From the NCBI GenBank assembly GCA_963745035.1, contig CAVUVW010000013.1, positions 736,001 through 800,000 of the forward strand: 64,000 bases of DNA, read 5' to 3'. Position 1 is the stretch's first letter. Every line of letters starts with the position of its first letter. The stretch is from an uncultured delta proteobacterium (lineage in GTDB: Bacteria; Desulfobacterota; Binatia; UBA9968). The translations under genes were made by a program, and so were the position numbers. This document shows, in pieces, positions 36,619 to 46,055 of the stretch. The notes beneath the pieces were generated by a model, which worked only from the letters and a program-made list of their open reading frames with translations, made no database searches and had not been told where the DNA came from.

Positions 36619-36996
36619 ATGATTACGGCAATCATCATTCTGCACGTGATCGTCAGTATCGGCCTGATCCTTGTCGTGCTGCTGCAAACCGGCAAGGGCG
36701 CGGAAGTGGGCGCCGTATTCGGGGGTTCCAGCGCGACGATTTTCGGCAGTAGCGGCGCGGGCAATTTCTTGACCCGTCTCACTACGGGCATGGCAATCGT
36801 CTTCATGGCGACCTCTTTGACGTTGGGTTATTTCACGGCCAAAAGACCGGCGGCGACCATTTTTGACAATCGCACACCGGCAGCGGAGCCCCGCGTGCCG
36901 CTGCAAGCTCCCGCGGCGCCGCAGTCTCAGAACGCACCGGCCGGCGGCGAGGCGGCAGCGCCGGAAAAAAATCCATCCGAAAAGCCAGCTCCATAA
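36619..36996 (+). CDS. secG: Preprotein translocase subunit SecG
   Basis: VLLQTGKGAEVGAVFGG, NFLTRLT; tpiA-secG-tRNA-Leu synteny. Confidence 0.95.
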   Translation: MITAIIILHVIVSIGLILVVLLQTGKGAEVGAVFGGSSATIFGSSGAGNFLTRLTTGMAIVFMATSLTLGYFTAKRPAATIFDNRTPAAEPRVPLQAPAAPQSQNAPAGGEAAAPEKNPSEKPAP

Positions 36997-37006
36997 CGAC
37001 TTTCCT

Positions 37007-37093
37007 GCGAGGGTGGCGGAATCGGCAGACGCGCTAGTTTGAGGGGCTAGTGCCGGAAACGGCGTGCGGGTTCAAATCCCGCTCCTCGCACCA
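37007..37093 (+). tRNA. tRNA-Leu(GAG)
   Basis: GCGAGGG acceptor stem, anticodon arm CTAGT-TTGAGGG-GCTAG, long variable arm, TTCAAAT T-loop, encoded CCA. Confidence 0.96.
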
Positions 37094-37399
37094 TTTTCTT
37101 TCAAGTACTTAGAAATTGGATTTTAGCCTCGAATCACCCATAGCTGCTCGGGAACCCGCACACCGGAAACGGCTTCTTGCCATCGCCATTCACGGCCGCA
37201 TATATTCGCATATACCGCCGTACCGGATAGAATCCACGAGGTTGTTCCGTTATGTACCTCACACGGACATCTCACCACGCGCCATTTTTGTCACTACAAA
37301 TTCGAAGCTGTCGATTTTTGACCAGAAAAAATGAGTGTGCATTTTGGGTCACTCCCGCGAAGCTTTTGTATATGGCCCACTTAGCCTAACCTCCTGAAA

Positions 37400-37415
37400 T
37401 GGCATAAGGATTGCT
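37400..37415 (+). promoter_or_regulatory. Sigma54 (-24/-12) promoter
   Basis: TGGCAT-AAGGA-TTGCT with canonical GG/GC spacing, about 30 nt before the HTH gene start. Confidence 0.7.
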
Positions 37416-37446
37416 CATTTTGGCCATTTTTAGGAGCACCCAAGCT

Positions 37447-37650
37447 ATGAAAAAACCCGACACCTCAATCAGGCTTTTGACCCTGGCTGAAGCAGCGACC
37501 ATATTGAAAATTTCAAAGAGAACGCTTCATCGCATGATTCAGAACCGGCAGATCCCGGCATTCAAAGTCGGTGGGCAGTGGCGCATTCTGGAAAGTCGGT
37601 TCCAAGAATGGGTGCAAGAAGAAGAAAATACTACTCCGAAAGCCAGTTAA
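37447..37650 (+). CDS. Small excisionase-like HTH (HTH_17) DNA-binding protein
   Basis: LLTLAEAATILKISKRTLHRMIQNRQIPAFKVGGQWRI; TAGGAG SD. Confidence 0.88.
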   Translation: MKKPDTSIRLLTLAEAATILKISKRTLHRMIQNRQIPAFKVGGQWRILESRFQEWVQEEENTTPKAS

Positions 37651-37946
37651 ACGATCCGGGCGCATTTCCTTTCATCGAAAGCTGACGCAAACCTTTCTCG
37701 CCAAAGCCGCTCATATTAAAGAGAAATTCCGCTAAGCCGACCGATCCACCGTAGGTAATTCGACGCGTAGCGCCGTGTCCTTTCCACGGACACATTCCCT
37801 CCCGGAATTTCGGTGATCGCCTTGACTATGTGAAGTTCCATTCCGATACCGCTTCGGTTCGCGTTCTGGTCGCGTCCACCGCCAGAATCGATGTATTCGA
37901 TCCCAACATTGCCGGTCTACCTCATCTCGAAAAAATCTTCCGGCAA

Positions 37947-39428
37947 TCACCGTCCGGTCTTTGAGCCCAGCTTGGCGTATCCGTAGGCTTCCCAATTTTT
38001 CAGCACTCGATCCTGCACGTCCGCCGGCCACAGATTCTCGAAGCTCGCTTTTACCGGGATGCTTTCCTGGGGCCAGTCTTTCGGCCACGTGCAGTCGAAG
38101 ATCACCCCGGCGGCATCGCCGATCAATCGCTCTTTCGGCGGCAGGAACGGCAGGAGCACGGGGAAGCCGGGGATATGCGGCACGGGATGAATGTCGTTGA
38201 CCGGGTGACATTTGGTCGTGATCGCGTGCAGGACTTGGTCCATATTCGTCGGATCGACATCCGCCTCCACGATGACGATGAAATAAGTAAACAAGCCGGG
38301 CTTGGTCGCCCAGACGGCGTGCGCAACGCGGCGGGCGAAATTCACAAACGGCACCTCGGTCGACACCACGCACATATGGCCGACGCCAAAGGGGGGGCAA
38401 AACACGCCTTTAATCGGCAGTCCAAGCTTTTTAAGTTCGGAATAGATTTCCGCGCCTTTGATCAGCGCCGTGGCCGTTTGGCCCTCGTGCACCGGCATAC
38501 CCATATTGGAAAACGGCAAGATGGGATTGTTGCGATAGGTGATCGCCTTGATTTTCAGAATGGGCTTGGGCGATGATTTGCCGGCCTCATAGCCCATATA
38601 TTCCCCGAAGGGTCCCTCGATCATCCGTTCGTGCGGCAACACTTCGCCTTCGATGACGATCTCCGCCGACGCCGGAACTTCCAAATCTACCGTCTCGCAT
38701 TTCACCAGCGGAATCGGCGCCCCCTGCAGCGCCCCGGCGACCTCCACTTCGTTAACGTAGGGAGGAAGCATGACGCAACTCACCAGCGGAATCACCGGCT
38801 GCCCGCCGATGGCCACCGCCACAGGCATCGGTTTATTCATCGACTCATATTTTTGATACATTTGGCCGATGTGCTGCTGCATCGGAAACAGACAACCGAG
38901 CGTATTGCGATCGTGGACCATTAGACGGTACATGCCCCAATTGACCCACGAGCTGTCCGGATCTTTGGTGATAACCGTGTGCCAGGTTCCGATGTAACGT
39001 CCCCCATCGCCGCCGTGAATCAGCGGAATAGGAAACTTCAACACGTCGACGGCGTCGCCGCTGTCAATATTTTCTTTGCACGGTCCGGTTTTCACCACGA
39101 CCGGAGAGATCAATTTCTCCTTCCGTGTCAAATACGCGGCCATGATTTCCTGGGCCGACGATCCGGGCGCCATGTGCATGGCCAGGGCGGTGCGCGCAAA
39201 TAGCCCATGACCGGGATGTTTGCTGGTTCCCAGAGGCGCGCCGAGCGCGCGAAACCCTTTGGGATACCCTTTTACGTTCTCGAACAGCGCGGCCGCTGCG
39301 CCAAGATCGTAAACCCGACGAGTGATCGCGCCCATTTCCAGATTCCAGTCCACCTCAAGACCAATGCGCTGCACTTCCCCATATTCTTCGAGGATATCGA
39401 GATAGTCTCTGAGATCATCGATTTGCAT
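37947..39428 (-). CDS. UbiD family prFMN-dependent (de)carboxylase, HudA/Fdc-like
   Basis: EVDWNLEMGAITRR, DGGRYIGT, NWGMYR, EGPFGEYMGY. Confidence 0.9.
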   Translation of the reverse strand: MQIDDLRDYLDILEEYGEVQRIGLEVDWNLEMGAITRRVYDLGAAAALFENVKGYPKGFRALGAPLGTSKHPGHGLFARTALAMHMAPGSSAQEIMAAYLTRKEKLISPVVVKTGPCKENIDSGDAVDVLKFPIPLIHGGDGGRYIGTWHTVITKDPDSSWVNWGMYRLMVHDRNTLGCLFPMQQHIGQMYQKYESMNKPMPVAVAIGGQPVIPLVSCVMLPPYVNEVEVAGALQGAPIPLVKCETVDLEVPASAEIVIEGEVLPHERMIEGPFGEYMGYEAGKSSPKPILKIKAITYRNNPILPFSNMGMPVHEGQTATALIKGAEIYSELKKLGLPIKGVFCPPFGVGHMCVVSTEVPFVNFARRVAHAVWATKPGLFTYFIVIVEADVDPTNMDQVLHAITTKCHPVNDIHPVPHIPGFPVLLPFLPPKERLIGDAAGVIFDCTWPKDWPQESIPVKASFENLWPADVQDRVLKNWEAYGYAKLGSKTGR

Positions 39429-39581
39429 TTCAAAACTCCTTGGGAAATCCGCACTGCTGCCCACGCTCGCGAAAAAGGTCGAGCGAATAGTTTAAACGTT
39501 AACTAATTTATATCAGAGCCAAGTACTTGAAGGCAAAACAATTTCAAACGTCTACGGTAACCAATTCGGCTGCAAAAAATG

Positions 39582-39610
39582 TAGACAAACTTTACATTGT
39601 GCTTTATAGT
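39582..39610 (+). promoter_or_regulatory. Putative sigma70 promoter of the bactofilin gene
   Basis: TAGACA-17 bp-TATAGT. Confidence 0.55.
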
Positions 39611-39645
39611 CCAAAGTCCTCAAGAGCGTCATCAAAGGGGGACTT

Positions 39646-40056
39646 ATGGCAGAAATCAACAGACCCAACGGCCTATCGCCGGATGTCGGCGCTTACCTGG
39701 GCCCCGGCACGAAAATCAACGGCAAACTCCATTTCGATGGCCAAGCCACCATCGACGGCGATGTGGAGGGTGAAATCGTCGCACAGGCTCACGTGACGAT
39801 TGGTCAGCAGGCGACGATCAAGGGAAAAATATCCGCCGCTTCGATTCTGGTCCAGGGCAAGGTCATGGCGGATGTCCAGGCTGAGAAAAAGCTTGAAGTG
39901 CAGCCGCCCGGTTCGGTCATCGGCGACGTCACCACGCAGAGCTTGGTGATCGGCGACGGCGCCGTTCTCGAGGGGCATGTCTCCATGAAGAAAAATGAAG
40001 GGCGCGTTCTTCCACTCCGTCAGGAAGCCAAGAAAGAAGGCGTGTCCTCGAGCTGA
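39646..40056 (+). CDS. Bactofilin (polymer-forming cytoskeletal protein)
   Basis: LGPGTKINGKL..IDGDVEGEI..GSVIGDV..GAVLEG beta-helix repeats. Confidence 0.92.
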   Translation: MAEINRPNGLSPDVGAYLGPGTKINGKLHFDGQATIDGDVEGEIVAQAHVTIGQQATIKGKISAASILVQGKVMADVQAEKKLEVQPPGSVIGDVTTQSLVIGDGAVLEGHVSMKKNEGRVLPLRQEAKKEGVSSS

Positions 40057-40133
40057 TCCCTCTACGATTTGACTTCCCGTGCCATAATCGGCTAGCTCGG
40101 GACGAGTTACCGCAAAAAATTGAGCGCAAGATT

Positions 40134-40163
40134 GGGCTTGTCGTAGGACAAGCCCTTTTTTTT
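40134..40163 (+). terminator. Intrinsic terminator after bactofilin
   Basis: GGGCTTGTC-GTAG-GACAAGCCC-T8. Confidence 0.85.
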
Positions 40164-40653
40164 ACCTCATGGATGGTTCGGAGAGAAATATGCCTCCGAA
40201 CCTCGATCCGATCAAACGCCTGTCCATGATGGCGATTCCCGCGCCGCTGTGTTCGGATCGAGGCCGGAATGCGTGCGGCGGTCGATAAAATCGCCGCGGC
40301 ATGTGCGCCGGCGGCGTCGATCACTTCAGTTGTGCGCCGCGCGTCCACACCACGTAGCAGATTCGCCCTGCCCGAGAACCGCGATTTCCATGCCGTCGAG
40401 AATTTCGCCCGAGTAAGACGTGGACGAGTCTGCCCCGGCGACGATTAGATCCGCTTTAATCTCGCCCAGCGCGTCGCGAATCAATCGCTCCGCCTGCCGT
40501 TGTGAGGGCCGTGCGTGCTTCCAACGGGAGCGAAAATCCTGCCCAAGTTGTCCCAATGGAGAATGCCACGGTGGCCATCGAGGACGACGCAAACTGGCAT
40601 CTCGCCCGCGCGCCGTATATATTGTCACGCAATCACGCGGCTGTCGTCTTTCG

Positions 40654-41157
40654 ATGAAGGTAAACCCCGACGCGACTCTGATTCTGGTAGTTATCTCCGT
40701 ATGCATCGCCGTCGATCAAGCTACCAAAGGGCTTGCTAGGAAATACCTGGCGCCGGATGGATTCGTTTCATTCGCCGGCGACACCTTTCGTCTGCAGTAT
40801 GCCGAGAACACCGGCGCGTTTCTTAGTCTCGGCTCGTCGCTACCGGAGCCGTGGCGCCATATTGTGTTCACTGTGTTGGTCGGGATCTTCTTGCTGGCGC
40901 TGCTCGCTTTCGTTTTCTTCCATCGCAGCGCGCCCAGAGAATTGACCCTATTTCTCGCGCTCCTCTGCGCCGGCGGACTCAGCAATCTGATCGATCGTAT
41001 CGCCTACAGCGGCCGGGTTGTCGACTTTCTTAACGTCGGCGTAGGCCCGCTCCGCACGGGTATCTTCAATATCGCCGATATGGCGATCACGGGCGGGGCG
41101 ATTTTTCTGTTGATCGATAATTTCCGGCGAAAGCCGGACAGCCAACCGAGCGCTTGA
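40654..41157 (+). CDS. lspA: Lipoprotein signal peptidase II
   Basis: [35 protein letters not shown]. Confidence 0.92.
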   Translation: MKVNPDATLILVVISVCIAVDQATKGLARKYLAPDGFVSFAGDTFRLQYAENTGAFLSLGSSLPEPWRHIVFTVLVGIFLLALLAFVFFHRSAPRELTLFLALLCAGGLSNLIDRIAYSGRVVDFLNVGVGPLRTGIFNIADMAITGGAIFLLIDNFRRKPDSQPSA

Positions 41158-41236
41158 CGTATCGTCACACACCCCGATTGCCGCCGGCGAACGCGCTTTT
41201 TCAGCAAAGCGAGATGATTATAACTGGAGTTCAACC

Positions 41237-41554
41237 ATGGCATGGATTTACTTGCTCATTGCCGGAGTGTTGGAAATTTTTTGGGCCATCAGTTTGAAAT
41301 ACACCGACGGCTTTTCCAAACTCTGGCCCAGCGTATCGACCGTTGCCGGCATGATCGCGAGCTTTTACTTTCTCGCCCAGGCGCTGAAGACGATACCGGT
41401 CGGCACCGGTTACGCGATTTGGACCGGGATCGGCGCGGCGGGCACGGCGGTTTTCGGCATGATTTTATTTGCCGAGCCGGCGTCTGCGCTTCGCCTGCTC
41501 TGCATCGCGCTGATTGTCGCAGGTATTCTCGGACTTAAGTTGGCGGCAGGCTGA
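41237..41554 (+). CDS. sugE: SMR family exporter, Gdx/SugE subtype
   Basis: [32 protein letters not shown]. Confidence 0.88.
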   Translation: MAWIYLLIAGVLEIFWAISLKYTDGFSKLWPSVSTVAGMIASFYFLAQALKTIPVGTGYAIWTGIGAAGTAVFGMILFAEPASALRLLCIALIVAGILGLKLAAG

Positions 41555-41722
41555 TCTCATGCATTGCAGACCGCCGCAAAAAACTGTTTCGATTCTTGGA
41601 TCGCTTGCCCGTATGTCTGGACCGGTCTATGATCGTCGATCGCCTCGCAACGCCTTCGCGCTTGCTGAAGGATTGGCAATCCACTTTTCGGTTCTTTATC
41701 TTGAAGGAAAGGGACTTCAATC

Positions 41723-42640
41723 ATGATCATTGACTGTCACGCGCATGTAATGCCCCAAAGCTGGTTTCATCCGAAATCGCCCAAGTCGATCTTCGACCTC
41801 GACGCTCTATTCAGAGAGCAGGACCAAGCCGGCGTCGATATTACCGTGTTCGGCAACAACTGGATTCGCTCGCCCGACGGTGCCGACCCGCTCAGGGTCG
41901 TGCAGGAATTCAATCAGCACGCCGCCGAACTCACGGCAAAGCATCCCAAGCGCCTACTTGGTCTTGCCTGCTCGGTGCCGTATGACAACGATAAGATTCT
42001 CAAGGAAACCGAAAAGGCGATCCGCGACTACAAGCTCAAGGGAATCATGATCGGATCGAGCACCAACGGCGAATACCTGGACTCGCCGCGCGCCGCGCCG
42101 TTTTTTCAACTGGTGAGCGATCTCGACGTGCCGCTGTTCGTCCATCCGCCAAAATTTACCATCGGCAACGACAAGATGGAGATGTTCCGCCTACCGGAAA
42201 TGCTCGGCCGCCCCTTCGATACCACCTTGTCGCTGACCCGTTTCATCTTCACCGGCGGATTCGAAAAGTTTCCCAAGCTGAAGATGGTCTGCGCCCACGT
42301 CGGCGGCGCCCTCGCGATGCTGCCGGGACGTTACGGCTTCGGTTACGAGCTGCGCCAAGATGATAGCTTCGGACCCTGGGACCCCGACGTAATGACGCGC
42401 CCGCCGGCAAGCTACATGAAGCAGCTCTACTTCGATACAGTCTGCTATCATCCCCCCGCGGTGCAATGCGCCATCGACACCATCGGCGTCGATCAAGTCG
42501 TCTTCGGCAGCGACTCGCCGCCAGTGCCGATTCCGCTTGCGCGCGCCGTAGATACGGTTAAGCAATTGAAGATCTCGGAATCTGACAAGCAAAAGATTTT
42601 TGGCGGCAACGCCGCGAAGCTGCTCGGCCTGGCGGGTTAA
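41723..42640 (+). CDS. Amidohydrolase_2 (ACMSD-like decarboxylase/hydratase) protein
   Basis: IDCHAH, LFVHP, AHVGG, VFGSDSP. Confidence 0.88.
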   Translation: MIIDCHAHVMPQSWFHPKSPKSIFDLDALFREQDQAGVDITVFGNNWIRSPDGADPLRVVQEFNQHAAELTAKHPKRLLGLACSVPYDNDKILKETEKAIRDYKLKGIMIGSSTNGEYLDSPRAAPFFQLVSDLDVPLFVHPPKFTIGNDKMEMFRLPEMLGRPFDTTLSLTRFIFTGGFEKFPKLKMVCAHVGGALAMLPGRYGFGYELRQDDSFGPWDPDVMTRPPASYMKQLYFDTVCYHPPAVQCAIDTIGVDQVVFGSDSPPVPIPLARAVDTVKQLKISESDKQKIFGGNAAKLLGLAG

Positions 42641-42705
42641 CCGCCAAAATAGTCTGCACCCGAGTGAGAAGCAGACACGTCTAAATCAAACGGAGAAAAC
42701 CACCT

Positions 42706-43197
42706 ATGACCAAACAACTCGGTCCCGGCGATGCATTTCCCAATTACACGGTGCCGCTCGCCGATGGCGGGCGGTTGAATATTCCCGCCGATCTCAAGGG
42801 CGAATACGCCGTCATCATCTTCTATCGCGGAATCTGGTGACCTTACTGCGTCCGGCAGGTTGCCGACTATCAAGCGCATATTGACGAATTCAAGCGCGAG
42901 AATACCGAGATCATCGCTCTCTCCGTCGATCCGCTCGATAAGGCCAAAGAGATGGTGGAAAAAACCGGCGCGACGTTTCCCATCGGCTACGGCCTCAGGG
43001 TTCCCGAAGATGCCGACAAGGTCGGCGCATATTGGGAAGAACGCCGCGGCATTATTCACGCGACCAACTTCACCGTCGGGCCCGACAGAAAAATTCTCCA
43101 AGCCTGTTTTGCCACCGGCCCCATTGGCCGCATCGCCGCCGTCGACGCGCTGAGCTCGATCCGCGGAACGAAGAAAAGAAAAGCGCAAGGCAGCTAA
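42706..43197 (+). CDS. Peroxiredoxin-like (AhpC/TSA, thioredoxin-fold) probable selenoprotein, Sec at codon 45
   Basis: MTKQLGPGDAFPNYTV...FYRGIW-TGA-PYCVRQ...IIALSVDP; in-frame TGA at 42838-42840 sits at the first Cys of CxxC; frame open to TAA at 43197. Confidence 0.85.
42850..42867 (+). promoter_or_regulatory. Candidate bacterial SECIS hairpin
   Basis: GT-C-CGGCA-GGT-TGCCG-AC; G-containing apical loop about 17 nt after the UGA. Confidence 0.6.
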
Positions 43198-43253
43198 CTC
43201 AGGATACGATTGGCTAGAACCGTGAGGGCAGCGCGATAGAGTTACCGAACAAA

Positions 43254-44301
43254 TCAGTATCCCGCCCCGACAACCTCGCCGATCACTCGTAGAGCCTGCT
43301 CGACGTCGTTACGATCGACGTCAAGGTGGGTAACCATGCGCACGCGGCGCGCATCCACGGGGCCACCGAGGATGTTGCGCTGCCCCAAGCGCTTCAAGAA
43401 TTCCGTGGACGTAAACCCGCTCTCTCCGACGTCGTAGATAACGATGTTGGTTTGAACTTTCTCCGGTGAAATCTTGATTCCCGGAATGCGCGCCAGCCCG
43501 TTTGCCAGCAGCTTTGCGTTTTCATGATCGATATACAGCCGCTTCGGACCCTCTTCCAAAGCCACCTGAGCCGCCGCTGCAAGCACGCCGGCTTGGCGCA
43601 TGCCACCGCCGAGCATTTTGCGGATCACGCGGCAGCGCTCGATGAAGTCGCTCGAACCGACGATCATCGACCCCACCGGAGCGCCGAGCCCCTTGCTGAA
43701 ACAAAACTGCACGGAGTCGAAATTCCGGGTGATCGCCGTTACGCTTTCTCCCAGATAGGTTGCCGCGTTGAAGACTCGCGCGCCGTCGAGATGCACTCTC
43801 AACCCCGCTTCATGAGCTTTGCCGCAAATCTCCTGCGCCAAAAGAGTCGGATAAACAGTGCCGCCCGCCATGTTGTGGGTATTTTCCAAAGCGACGAGCG
43901 CAGTCTGCGGACGATGGTAGGCCTTTTCTCGAATCGCGGGACCGATCTCCTCCCACGACATGATGCCGTCCCGCGCAGGAATAACTCGCGGCAAAACGCC
44001 ACCTATCGCCGACATGGCTGCCATCTCGTAGTTATAGATATGCCCGGCTGGCCTCACAGATAACTTCTTGCCCGCGCTCGGCCTGCGCCATGATGCAGGT
44101 CAGATTGCCCATGCTTCCCGACGGCACGAACAATCCCGCTTCGCGTCCGAAAATCTCGGCCGCCCGGGCCTGCAAGCGGTTGACCGTCGGGTCTTCGAGA
44201 TAAACGTCGTCGCCGACCTCGGCTTCCGCCATCGCTCGACGCATCGTCGGAGACGGCTTGGTAACCGTATCGCTACGAAGATCGATAATTCTATCGTTCA
44301 T
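43254..44301 (-). CDS. ltaE: Low-specificity L-threonine aldolase (frameshift near 44050)
   Basis: [43 protein letters not shown]. Confidence 0.92.
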
Positions 44302-44330
44302 TGTAATCGCTCAATGACGTTGAATAAGAA

Positions 44331-44381
44331 AGATTTCTCGCCAAGCCCGTCCTGGGGCATCGCCGAAGGCTCGAAATGACA
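44331..44381. repeat. REP-like palindromic element (AGATTTCTCG...CTCGAAATGACA family)
   Basis: Same end motifs recur at 49417-49443. Confidence 0.65.
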
Positions 44382-44420
44382 GTTAACGATTGGCTTTTTC
44401 GCCGTTGAAAATTTGAACTG

Positions 44421-45173
44421 CTATTCCAACCGTCCTTCAATCTCGCGAATCGTATCCGCGGAAAGCGACGGTCGGACAAACGCATTGTAAATGCAGTCGT
44501 TCTGCAGCCACATGATATCGGCGCGCTGCCTGACCGCTTCGCGCATTTCGTGTTGAAGCTTTTCATCCATGCAATGTCGTTTGATCACGTCGACGACCAT
44601 GTTGCCATGGCCTTCGTCGTGGTATTCGTGGGCGCGGAAAAAATCCAAGCAAGCCGGGGAAATCCACGGATAGTGTTTTTCCAGCGCCTCTCTTTCCTCT
44701 TTCATCCGTTTCGGCCCGCCGCCTTCGAACACCAGGCCGGTGCCAATCGCGACGGCCCAATGACTCTGATTAACGAGCGAAACGTACATCTCCAACGCGG
44801 CGCGAATTCCCGGTAGCGGCTCGTAGTTCAAAATATCGTCGCGCTCGATGCCGATTCCTTCGGCAAATTGCACCCAGAGATCGCGATGGCTCGGATACTT
44901 GCCGCCGAATAGATCCTCGCCCTCTTCCTCCACCATGTTCTCCAACAGCATGCGGCGCAGTTCGGGCACGGGACACTTTTGATAACGGATGCCGAAGAAG
45001 CGATGAATATTGCGAAACTCATGAAACTGATTTCTCGCCCAGCCTTGAAGCTGCTCTTTCGTCAAACGGCCGCTCAGCAGCAGTTGGCGCACCGGATGCG
45101 GGCGTGGATGGCGCTGCTGCAAGGCATTCTGCAAATCAGCGATCAGTTCTTCGGGCGCGAGCAAATCAGCCAT
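44421..45173 (-). CDS. Heme-oxygenase-like diiron oxidase (PqqC/CADD/TenA superfamily)
   Basis: HP..G.LTKEQL, ENMVEEEG...SHRDLW..F, FE, FFRAHEYHDEGH metal-ligand pattern. Confidence 0.82.
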   Translation of the reverse strand: MADLLAPEELIADLQNALQQRHPRPHPVRQLLLSGRLTKEQLQGWARNQFHEFRNIHRFFGIRYQKCPVPELRRMLLENMVEEEGEDLFGGKYPSHRDLWVQFAEGIGIERDDILNYEPLPGIRAALEMYVSLVNQSHWAVAIGTGLVFEGGGPKRMKEEREALEKHYPWISPACLDFFRAHEYHDEGHGNMVVDVIKRHCMDEKLQHEMREAVRQRADIMWLQNDCIYNAFVRPSLSADTIREIEGRLE

Positions 45174-45289
45174 AGTTCCCTCCCCGCAGCACGGGATTTT
45201 TTTCTGAGCGCATCTTAACCAAGTTCCCGGGGCTTCGCCAGCATGACATTGAAGTTGTCTTTTGATCTACCCTCGACTAGCATGGCGGC

Positions 45290-46048
45290 ATGGTTACGCT
45301 ATCGTTGCGCAGAGTCACGAAGAAATTCGGCGCCGTGACCGCCGTCGATCGCGCGAACCTGGACGTGAACGCGGGCGAATTTCTCGTGATCGTCGGCGAG
45401 AGCGGCTGCGGCAAGACCACCACCTTGCGGCTCATTGCCGGCTTGGAAACACTCGACGGCGGCACCGTGTTCATCAACGGAGTGCCGGTCAACGACGTGC
45501 CGGTGGGGCAGCGCGGCGTCCAGATGATTTTTCAGAATTTCGCTCTGTGGCCGCACATGAAGGTCTTTGACCAGCAGCGCTATTCGAATCTCACCTTGCC
45601 GCTCCGGGTGAGAAAATGGTCAAGCGATAAGATCGCGGAGTTTCTCCGGCCGCTGGCCTGGAAGATCGGCATCGAAGAAAGCTTCTTCAAACGCAAACCC
45701 ACCGAGCTCTCGGGCGGACAGCAGCAACGGGTCGCTCTCGGGAGAGCCATGGCGACCTCGCCTCGCGTCATGCTCATGGACGAACCGCTCAGCAATATCG
45801 ATCCGCCCAACCGCTTGAGGATGCGCCAGGAGATCATGACTTTTCATAAGGAGAACCGTCTGACGACTCTTTACGTCACCCACAATCTCGCCGACGGGAT
45901 CGCGCTGGCGGACCGCATCGCGGTAATGCATGAGGGGCGCTTTGACCAAGCCGACACGCCGGAGAATTTGATGCGCCATCCCGCCACCGAGTACGTCGCT
46001 GACTTTTTCAAAGCGGAGCAGTTGAGCGCCAGAGTCGCCGCGCCGTGA
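45290..46048 (+). CDS. ABC transporter ATP-binding protein (MalK/PotA-like, short)
   Basis: GESGCGKT, LSGGQQQR, LMDEPLS, YVTH. Confidence 0.92.
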   Translation: MVTLSLRRVTKKFGAVTAVDRANLDVNAGEFLVIVGESGCGKTTTLRLIAGLETLDGGTVFINGVPVNDVPVGQRGVQMIFQNFALWPHMKVFDQQRYSNLTLPLRVRKWSSDKIAEFLRPLAWKIGIEESFFKRKPTELSGGQQQRVALGRAMATSPRVMLMDEPLSNIDPPNRLRMRQEIMTFHKENRLTTLYVTHNLADGIALADRIAVMHEGRFDQADTPENLMRHPATEYVADFFKAEQLSARVAAP

Positions 46049-46055
46049 GGTCGCA

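Noticed and set aside
41158-41236. Guanidine riboswitch upstream of sugE/gdx
   Set aside because: No twin ACGR-loop hairpins or other recognisable ykkC-type motif is visible in the 79-nt gap.
44032-44057. Split threonine aldolase as two genes
   Set aside because: A single indel joins the two halves of an ordinary LtaE; probably a sequencing error.
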